Shown here: piece by piece, positions 53,715-64,000 of the stretch | Layout of the letters: each line of letters opens with the position of its first letter | Position numbering within the stretch: the first letter of the stretch is position 1 | Source: the human T2T-CHM13v2.0 reference genome, Homo sapiens | Length of the DNA: 64,000 bases | Direction: 5' to 3' (one strand) | Assembly: GCF_009914755.1 (NCBI RefSeq) | Contig: NC_060926.1 | Made by a program: the position numbers and the translations under genes | The notes under the pieces: model-generated | What the model saw: the letters and a program-made list of their open reading frames with translations, nothing else | Databases searched by the model: none | What the model was told of the DNA's origin: nothing

Positions 53715-54050
53715 TGTAGCAGAGACTATGTTAACCTCATTTCCTCTTCGTGCATACACAGAAACTCTACATTTCCCACCCTCCCTTGAGACTAGGTTGG
53801 GGCCATGTGACTAGGTTCTGGCCTATGCAAAGCAATGTACCCTCCATCTGGGTCTGGACATAACTCCTCCCTGTTCTCTTCATCCACAGTACTTTGCAGG
53901 CCCACGTTTAAGATGGCAGTTTCACACAAGGGAAGGAGAGAATATATCCTTAGCTCAGAAGAGTATCTCCAAGGAGAGCCATTCAACCTGCACTAGATTG
54001 TGACATGAGCAAAAATTAACCTTGGTGCATTAATTTTCCTGACTAAAATA
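53715..54050 (+). mobile_element. MLT1I/J-like MaLR LTR
   Basis: 'ctacatttccca.cctcccttg...taggttggggccatgtgactaggttctggcc...aagatggcag...tgacatgagcaaaaattaacctt'. Confidence 0.7.
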
Positions 54051-54219
54051 ATGAACTCCATCAATACAGGGTTCACAATTCCAGCTCTCTGTAGATACGA
54101 GTTAACAGTTTAGAATATCTAGAAGAAGAGATAGATTATAAATATTTCACACAGCCCTCCCTCAACATTGTTTTGATAATGATGCTGATGCTGATGTAAT
54201 AATAATAATAACAGCAACG

Positions 54220-54473
54220 ATAATAATAGCCAACACTTGGATCTCACTATGTGCCAGGCTCTACTGCAAGCTCTTTCAATATGTTAACACATTGAATCCT
54301 CGAAATATATTAATTCCTTTAATCCTCTCCAGTATCTTTAATTTTCACATGAGGAAACCATAGAAGAGAGTAGCTAAGTGCTTTGTCCAAGGTCATGGAG
54401 TAAAACGTGGCACCAAAATTAGATTCCGGGAGTATAATTCCAGAGTTTGTGTTTCTAACTTCTATATTACACT
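54220..54473 (-). mobile_element. MIR, near full length
   Basis: 'aataatagccaacactt...cactatgtgccaggc...ttttcacatgaggaaac...tgtccaaggtca...ttccagagtttgtgtttctaac'. Confidence 0.8.
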
Positions 54474-54665
54474 TTATTTTATAAAATAATAAGATTGGTA
54501 TTGTGCTTGCTGAAGAGCTATTAAATACTTCCAGTTGTCTAAAGGTACAGAGAATTCACAATACCTAGCAGCTGAAGTATGGCTGGCATCACTTGAAATA
54601 GCTGAGGAGCCTAATGAGTCACTAATCTTAAGAGCTGCCCATGCCTTCTCAAACGAATTTATCCT

Positions 54666-55314
<649 letters not shown>

Positions 55315-55834
55315 AGAATTATCCTAGATAGAACCAAGATTATCTTTTGAAATGAGTTTTCAATATTATCCTGCTGTATGATATACCTTATTGGGTTGAT
55401 GTAACAATCTCTACAATTTACTTTTAAATAACTTTACATAGTGTAATATTAAGTATATGCTAGTCAGCTTAAGGTTTAACTCTAGGGGCATATGGTTGCC
55501 CTAATTTAACAATAAAATGTGACAAAATCCTACTTTCTCAGTGCAGACAAAATATAAATTTGTTATTTCTTGGTCATACTAATTCCATCATATACTTTTT
55601 TTTTGCGATTTGGTCATTGACCATATGTGGCATCCCAGAAGACAATCAAACACACTAGGGCTCCATGGTTAGTTCTCCTTGCTATAATTAATCATGTGGA
55701 AAACAAATTTAACCTTTCTGTTAACTCAAATATCACTTCTATTAGCTTCTTGCAGTTTGTGCTAAAGTGCGTAATAATTAATTTTGTAATTTCATGTAAA
55801 ATTCTACATACCTTCCTCAAATATATACGTATCA

Positions 55835-55950
55835 CAAAAACTGTAGATCAAGAAGGCAATGTTTAATGTCATCTAATCCAACTCCTCTTTCCAGAGAGGA
55901 AAACATGAAGGCCCAGACAGGGTAAATGATTTGTGCCAGGTCCAGCATTT
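55835..55950 (-). mobile_element. MIR fragment
   Basis: 'gtcatctaatccaac...agaggaaaacatgaaggcccagacagggtaaatgatttg..ccaggtc'. Confidence 0.55.
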
Positions 55951-56605
55951 GGCTGCCCCTGCAAGCCCTTCCACAGCTTCATACGGTCCCGTAAGTAGTC
56001 CCATGACATAACTTTTTAAGTACTTAGCATAGTAAAAAAAAAAAAAAACAGAAGCATTCTCAGTTGAGGTGGGGAATGTCTGCTACTGAAATAAATGCAA
56101 CAATTTAATTCTGAGAGGAAAATGCTGCTCAAAGTCTTCTTCCAACATGGCCTTTCCTATCAAACAGCACAATCAAATTTTTGGATGCCATCCTTGTCAT
56201 CTGGAGGGCTGGGTTTACTCATCACTGAGAACCCAGACATTATGGATTTGCTAGAAACTTGGAAAATATCTGAGTTAGGAGCCACCCTGTCTGTCACTAG
56301 GTAACCTGAGGCACTGCTCTCCCAAATGACCAGTCTTTCTGGGAGCCCTTTACCAGCTCCCTGGTTGCCCCCAAACGTTTCAATAATTCAGCTCTGTAGA
56401 AGGCTGTTTTTGGCACCAAAAGCAGAGTGAAAAACAGCTTTGCAAAGAAATAACAGGCAACCAGTATCCAATAAAACTTTTAGAAAATTTCACCGAAGGA
56501 AAAAAAATCCCCGAGTTCACGGCAAAAATTTTAAGAAAACAACAAAATTATCACAAAAATAGGAGGCAGACTCAGAAGCCTTAGGGGTTAAAAAGAAACA
56601 TGCAT

Positions 56606-56894
<289 letters not shown>

Positions 56895-57148
56895 CTAATT
56901 CATTACTGTCATACACACGAGTTTGTATTTTATGATGCCTTTTTTAAAGTCAGAGAAAAGAGGTTTGGTGATTTTAAAAGACAAATAGAGTTACATGGAT
57001 TTGACAAATAAAGAATATTTTTTAAAGTATAAAACCACCTGAACTCTTTTGAGTAAATACAGATCACCAAGGTTCTGATTTAACTGGACAGTATAAACAC
57101 AGGAAGGAACAGGAGGTTAACCCAAGAGAAATAAGTCATCCATAAGAG

Positions 57149-57820
<672 letters not shown>

Positions 57821-58299
57821 GGTTTTTCTGTATCAGTGATCGGGTCAATATAAAAGGGTACAGGACAGACAGAGGGAGGGACACGAGGACTTCCCTTTCC
57901 AGAGGAAAACTACAGTACCTGCTTCTTGAGGCTTCTGTTGATTTTATTGACATCTTTGGCATAAATAGCCAATGCAATTCCTCTTGATGGTAAACAAGTT
58001 TACATTCAAATGACTGTTCCCTAGCCACAGACCTGAAACCCTGGTATAGACTGAAAAAAAATATCTAGAAATCCTTCCTAGACACAAAAGTTGCACAAAT
58101 TTTTAAGATTTGCTTGTTTTTACTCTTCTGACATATTGAATAACTTTTTAAAATATATTATCAATCTTTAAAAGGTTTCATTTGCATATACACCGTACTT
58201 GCCTCTCTCAGTGTTTTCATGTCTGTGGGAGAAATACCTCAACTTTTTCTTCTTCTCCTACAAACTTGCCTGACTCTGAATCTTTCCAATTATTTTCCT

Positions 58300-58870
58300 C
58301 TTTTCTCAGAAGTGCCCTCTCTTCTACCCATGGCTGACTTTCTACCTGTTCCCAGATCCATACCCCCATTTCAGTCATCTGTCTCCTTTCTCTTTACCCT
58401 ACCGATTCTGTTCAACTAGCCTCTAAACACGATCACATCTTTTCCATTAAAAATTAAAACTACACAAAACTCTCCCTCCCCCTCCACACACACACTCAAG
58501 CCTCAAGTCATCCCTGGCCGCACGTCTTCTGTATCTCTCCCTTCTTTCAAGACTAAGCTTCTAGAAAGTAGTTTACAGTCACCATCTTCAGTCTGTTTAG
58601 TTTCTCCTTAACTCACTGAAAATTGGCTTCCACTCTTGTCATGTTCACTAATATTACCTCAGCCTTCAAAAACATTCGGGCGCTTTATCCTCCTTAATGT
58701 GTCCACAGCACTTACAACCTTTTACCACATAATCCTTCACTCACCGAGTTTCTTTAAAAGTGTTTCTGCCCTTGGCTTCTGGTATACTCTTCTCCTCCAG
58801 GTTACCTCCCACTTCTAGGTCACACCTCCCTAGTTGTTATCATGGCTCTCTCTCTCCAAATGCAGGGATT
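58300..58870 (+). mobile_element. L2 relic, left part
   Basis: 'aagcttctagaaagtagttt...cccttggcttctgg...ctcctccaggttacctcccacttct' resembles L2 ORF2. Confidence 0.6.
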
Positions 58871-58884
58871 AAGCTTTCTTACTC

Positions 58885-59076
58885 TGTACAATCAGGTCAC
58901 TTGAATTTGAATATTAACTTTACCACTTCCCAGCTCCTTGACCTTAGGCAAGTCACTTCTCTGAGGTTCAGTCTTCTACTCTACAAGACAAGTATAATGT
59001 CTTATAGGATGTAGTTGAAGTTAAATTAAAAAATGCATGTACGTCTCTTGGCACTGTGCCTGGTAGTACATGATAG
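58885..59076 (+). mobile_element. MIR (its tail resumes at 60375-60400 after the LTR12)
   Basis: 'ccacttcccagc...tgaccttaggcaagtcactt.tctgag..tcagt...gtgcctgg | gtaggtactcaataaa'. Confidence 0.8.
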
Positions 59077-59228
59077 TGTATCCAGAATTGGTGGGTTCTT
59101 GGACTCGCTGACTTCAAGAATGAAGCCACGGACCGTCGCAGTGAGTGTTACAGTTCTTAAAGATGGTGTGTCTGGAGTTTGTTCCTTCTGATGTTCAGAC
59201 GTGTCCGGAGTTGTTCATTCCTCCCAAT

Positions 59229-59500
59229 GGGTTCGTGGTCTCGCTGATTTCAGGAGTGAAGCTGCAGACCTTCGCAGTGAGTGTTACAACTTTTAAAGAC
59301 AGTACGTCTGGAGTTGTTCCTTCCTTCCAGTGGGTTCGTGGTCTCGCTGGACTTTGGAGTGAAGCTGCAGACCTTCGTAGTGACTGTTACAGTTCATAAA
59401 GGTGGCACGTCCAGAGTTGTTCCTTCCTCCCAGTGGGTTCGTGGTCTCGCTGGCTTCAGGAGTGAAGCTGCAAACCTTCACGATGAGTGTTATAGCTCAC
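59229..59500 (-). repeat. LTR12 U5 tandem repeats, period 103 bp
   Basis: 'gggttcgtggtctcgctg' at 59229, 59332 and 59435; a further degenerate copy near 59094. Confidence 0.9.
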
Positions 59501-59599
59501 AAAGGTGGCGCAGACCCAAAGAGTGAGCAGCAGCAAGATTTATTGTGAACAGCGAAACAACACAGCTTCCACAGCATGGAAGCGAACCGGAGCAGATTG

Positions 59600-59935
59600 C
59601 TGCTGCTGGCTCTGGGTGGCCTGCTTTTATTCCCTTATCTGGACCCACCCACATCCTACAGATTGGTCCATTTTACCAAGAGTTGATTGGTCCATTTTAC
59701 AGAGAGCTGATTGTTCCGTTTTACAGAGAGCTGATTGGTCCGTTTTGACAGAGAGCTGATTGGTGCATTTACAATCCTTTAGCTAGACACAAAAGTTCTC
59801 CAAGTCCCCACTAGATCAGCTAGACACAGAGCACTGACTAGTGCGTTTACAAACCTTGAGCTAGACACAGAGTGCTGATTGTTGCATTTACAAACCTTGA
59901 GCTAAACACAAAGTGCTGACTGGTGCATTTAAAAT
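59600..59935 (-). promoter_or_regulatory. LTR12 U3 promoter/enhancer: CCAAT (NF-Y) repeats and AATAAA TATA-like element
   Basis: Four intact GATTGG (minus-strand CCAATC) plus four degenerate copies at 59660-59930; AATAAAA on minus at 59625-59631; LTR poly(A) signal at 59539-59544. Confidence 0.75.
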
Positions 59936-60399
59936 CCTTTAGGTAGACAAAAAAGTTCTCCAAGTCCCCACCCATTCAGAAGCCCAGCCGGCTTCACCTC
60001 TCACTGGCACTCCCTGCGGGACTTTGCGGCACCTAGCCCAGGCACTCTGGCAGCCCAGAGGGAGCTGGTCCCCTGATGAAGCCCAGCAGGTGCCGGCCTC
60101 AGAGACTGCAGGGCCCGCTGAGAACGCACCCACCGGGAACCCGCGCTGGCCCGCGAGCGCTGCACGCAGCCTGGGCTCCTGCCCGCGCCTCGCCCTCCAC
60201 ACCTCCCCATGAGCAGAGGGAGCCGGAGACGGCTCCGGCCTCGGCCAGCCCCAGACAGGGGCCGCCACAGTGCAGCGGCGGGCTGAAGGGCTCCTCGAGC
60301 ACGGCCAGAGCGTGTGCCAAGGCCAAGGAGGCGCCAAGAGCGAGCGAGGGCTGTTAGCACGTTGTCACCTCTCAGTAGGTACTCAATAAAAGTCAGGTG

Positions 60400-61360
60400 T
60401 TAGATGGATTAAACATTTATGTTCCCCATGGCTTCACTCCGATTCCTCTACTTTAATTCCTCTCTCTAGATAACGTCAAGAAAATCCTGACTCCATCTAT
60501 TTCTTAGTCATTAGATAATAAGGACTCCAATACTTATGTTTCCAGGTTTTATAAAGCCAGTCGTTCATTGACCTTGATTCTTATATGACACACAGGCAAA
60601 TAGCAAACCTCACATGGACAACACAGAAGATACTATCTTTCCCTCAAAATCTTCCCCTTCCTATATTCTAACCTCAGTTTTTTATTACCTTAATTAGATT
60701 AGATTAGAATCACCACCTCTCATCCACCTCACCTACACCAGAGATCTCAGATTCAATCAGTCCCCAAATCCTGGTGATTCTTTTCCTAAATATTTCATAA
60801 ATACCTCTCAAACATTTTCTCTTCTCCCCATTACCATTGCCACCTTATTTCCCCTATATTACCTCAGTAAACTTTCACCCAGTAATATCTGCCCCCTCTA
60901 AATCACCCTCTGTCATTATAGTGGTATTTCTAAAAAGGCAAATTTCTCTCCACATTGAATATTATTTGATGATTCATGATTTGATTTAGAAAAGGTCTAA
61001 GTCCTTGACAGAAGAGATCTGTCTCTCGCCGCCACCCTCCCAATGTTATCCACCATTACTATCCCATGAGCACTAATTGATTTGCTATTTTATTACTGCC
61101 TCCATCGTTCTTGCTATGGCTTCTGCCTAGACATAATTCTCAGGCCTTCAAAGTTCAACACACGTTACCTCCTCTAGCAATTATTCTTTGACAGCTTCCC
61201 TTACAATGCTGAGAGACCTAATCTTTTGTAAGCCAAAAGCCCACTATGCTTAATGATCACACAGTATTTTCAGTTTTCTTATTCTACGAAAAAAATTCGG
61301 GTTTGATTTCCTAAAGCCTAGGACAAGCTGAGCACATGAATGATGTTCAATAAATGAATG
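60400..61360 (+). mobile_element. L2 relic, right part to 3' tail
   Basis: 'aacctcacatggacaaacaga...atctttccc', 'caatcagtccccaaatcctgg', ending 'gatgttcaataaatgaatg'. Confidence 0.6.
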
Positions 61361-62124
61361 CTATAATGGATTTGTAATTTATGCTAATGGATTTCATGCT
61401 ACAAATCCATGATTTTCAAAATTATCTTATAGAATACACTGGACAAGTATAATTAATCCCATTTTACTGAAAAATAAATAGACAAGAGGTTAAAGTCAAT
61501 ATACATGCCTTGGAAGCCCAAGAACTCCCTGGCTAAGGAAAAAAATAATAATGTGTATTTCTTGTTCTGACTATCCGTGTAATGGAGGTTAGCAAAAAAC
61601 TCTGTTCACATTAGTATTTTATTCCTGAGGTATTTTGTCCAACTGAAATGATTTACTTGGTTTCATACCTTTAGTTAGACATTAAAAGAGATACTTTTAT
61701 CTGGAAGACTTAACAATAAATGTAATAGCCATATTTGAGTTTAATCAGCCTTTCTTGACCAAAAGCCTTCTCAATTTTTTTAATCTTTCTTTGACATTGG
61801 AAGTTGCCTCTTCCAACCATACAATTCTTTGAATCTAGGAACTCTCTCTATTCCTTTTATTTGTGCTTACAAAGTGTCCAATTCAGCTTTTTTGAAGTAT
61901 CTTATCAAAGTAAATAGCAACCAATACACATTACTAACATTTTATTTTCTACCTCTTTCTCTAGAGATACAAATTAAATAGGTACATTAACTCCAAATTA
62001 TCATGGGAGAAGTTTGTCATTTGTCTAGCCTCTAATATGCTTTCTACTGACCAGCATCCAACCAATAACCCAATGCCATATGTTACAGGCTTTAGTGTAG
62101 CAACCCCCATTTCAATATACAATT

Positions 62125-62470
62125 TGTTTCTCTCAGTGTGGGCTACGTTATGCTGCAGTAACAAATAAGCTGAAATTTGCTGTTTTAACTTTTATTTTTC
62201 ATTTACACTATATATTCAACGTGGGTCTAGTCATCATACTCATTCAGGGACCCCAGCTGTCCAAATTCCATCTTAACACAAGTTTCCAAGGTTACTGTGG
62301 CCAGTATAAGGCCATAGCAAATGGAACTTTAGTTCTTAAGTTTCCACTCATGTTTTATTAGCGAAAGCAAGTCATGAGTCTTTAGTACTGCACACTGCAA
62401 TGCTATCATATGCCCGAAACAAGAAGAACCAACGTATTTGTGAACAGTCTTAATTTAATGACCATCATAG
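62125..62470 (-). mobile_element. Old MaLR LTR (MLT1J/K-like)
   Basis: 'gggctacgttatgctgcagtaacaaa...tcattcagggacccc...ttattagcgaaagcaagtcatg...gtatttgtgaacag'. Confidence 0.6.
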
Positions 62471-62865
62471 TCACATAGTTCTTTAGTGACTGAGGTAATA
62501 TTAAAATTCCTTTCTCTAACTCTGTTTTCTTATCACGTTAATTATCTGTATTAAAGACTATAATGAAACAAATCCAAAAATGTAATACAAAAAGTAGCAG
62601 AAATCCTAAAATAATTTCTGTTTAGCATTATATGAATGTTTTGCTGTAGTTACTTCCCTAATAGGGGCTTAAAGAGAGATGCTGCAAAATTCATCATTTT
62701 CAACCCTGAATAAAGTATGCAAATGAAATCGTCAAAACCTTTCAGTCTGAAAGTGACTTTCTTCTGTTTTCTGCTACTTCCTTTATCAAAACAGATGGCT
62801 ACATTGTGTTACTGTTGGTGTCCACACACCACAACATCTATATCTTCTTATAATGCCTTCCCGGA

Positions 62866-62953
62866 TAGGGTCACCAGATATAGCAAAGAAAAACATAAGA
62901 TACCTAGTTAACTTTAAATCTAGATAAACAACAAATAATTTTTTGTGTATGTT
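62866..62953 (+). mobile_element. MER53-like hAT MITE, left part, interrupted by THE1A
   Basis: 'tagggtcaccagatatagcaaagaaaaa...ctagttaactttaaat.tagataaacaacaaataattttt'. Confidence 0.75.
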
Positions 62954-63306
62954 TGTATTAGTCCATTTACATGCTGCTGATAGACATACCTGAGACTGGG
63001 AAGAAAAAGAGGTTTAACTGGACTTACAGTTCCAAATGGCTGGGGAGGCCTCAGAATCATGGCAGGAGGCAAAAGGCACTTCTTACATGGCGGCAGCAAG
63101 AGAAAAATAAAAAAGATGCAAAAGCGGAAACCCCTGATAAAACCATCAGATCTCACGAAACTTACTCACTACCATGAGAACAGTATGGGGGAACTGCCCC
63201 CATGATTCAAATTATCTCCCACTAGGGGCCTCCCACAACACATGGGAATTATGGAAGTACAATTCAAGATGAGATCTGGGTGGGGACACAGAGCCAAACC
63301 ATATCA
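62954..63306 (-). mobile_element. THE1A LTR (3' LTR of a provirus)
   Basis: 'tgtattagtcc...gcaaaagcggaaacccctgataaaaccatcagatctc...ggggacacagagccaaaccatatca'. Confidence 0.93.
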
Positions 63307-64000
63307 TTCCACCCCTCCAAATCTCATGTCCTCACATTTCAAAACAAATCATGCCTGCCCAACAGTCTCCCAAAGTCTTAACTCATTTCACCATTAACCC
63401 AAATATCCACAGTCCAAAGTCTTATCTGAGACAAGGCAAGTCCCTTCGGCCTATGAGCCTGTAAAGTCAAAAGCAAGCTAGTTACTTCCTAGATACAATG
63501 GGGTACAGGCATTGGGTAAATACAGCCATTCCAAATGGGAGAAATTGGCCAAAACAAAGGGATTACAGAGCCCATGCAAGTCCAAAATCCAGCAGGGCAG
63601 TCAAATTCTAAAGCTCCAAAATGATCTCCCTTGACTCCATGTCTCACATCCAGGTCATCCTGATGCAAGAGGTAGGTTCCCATAGTCTTGGACAGCTCCA
63701 CCCTTGTGGCTTTGCAGGGTAAAGCCCCCGTCCTGGCTGCTTTCCCAGGCTGGCATTGAGTGTCTGCAGATTTTCCAGGTGAATGGCGCAAGCTGTCGGT
63801 GGATCTACCACTCTGGGGTCTGGAGGATAGTGACCCTCTTCTCACAGCTCCTCTAGGCAGTGCCCCAGTAGGGACTCAGTGTCTGGGGGCTGTGACCCCA
63901 CATTTCCCTTCCATGCTATCCTAGCAGAGGTTCTCCATAAGGGCACTGCCCCTGTAGCAAACTTTCACCTGAGCATCCAGGCATTTCCGTACATCTTCTG
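63307..64000 (-). mobile_element. THE1A internal region, runs off the window
   Basis: 'ccaaatctcatgtcctcacatttcaaaa...ttacttcctagatacaatggg...ctccaaaatgatctcccttgactccatgtctcacatccagg'. Confidence 0.93.

Larger units (their letters stand above)
59077..60374 (-). mobile_element. ERV9 solo LTR (LTR12D-like), 1298 bp
   Basis: Minus-strand start TGAGAGGTGACAACGTGCTA, end ...CCAATTCTGGATACA; 4-bp flanks atag/gtag; characteristic U3 and U5 repeats. Confidence 0.96.

Noticed and set aside
59145-60360. Dense overlapping ORFs and periodic repeats
   Set aside because: Fully explained by GC-rich LTR12 U3 and its known internal repeats.
63036-63048. PRDM9 hotspot motif in THE1A
   Set aside because: Reads CCTCCCCAGCCAT, two mismatches from CCNCCNTNNCCNC; the THE1C and THE1D copies also lack the motif.

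Overview
This is AT-rich, CpG-depleted primate (very probably human) genomic DNA, either intronic or intergenic. I recognise no protein-coding exon, RNA gene, CRISPR array or other prokaryote-type system. Roughly half of the window is transposable-element relics. These include a TSD-flanked, 5'-complete L1PA8-class LINE-1 with its reverse-transcriptase domain internally deleted (13.8-18.2 kb, minus) and a full-length Tigger1 with TA target duplications (36.6-39.1 kb). There is also an ERV9 solo LTR12D-like promoter pointing leftwards (59.1-60.4 kb), a THE1A LTR plus internal region at the right edge, eight Alus, several 5'-truncated L1s, many THE1/MLT1 solo LTRs, and old L2/MIR/HAL1/hAT relics, often nested. 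The recognisable ORFs in the track are L1 or Tigger fragments; the rest look like chance frames. The most interesting non-repeat signals are: (1) two minus-strand exon-like segments with consensus splice sites at 52.5-53.2 kb, with two perfect 12-bp hairpins just inside the intervening intron and the LTR12 promoter about 6 kb upstream; (2) a MIR relic that has gained a CpG cluster and a GC box; (3) a repeat-free block with paired MEF2 sites; (4) a 124-bp tandem duplication. All repeat subfamily names come from my recall of consensus sequences and need RepeatMasker/Dfam confirmation. I cannot claim a new biological system from this sequence.
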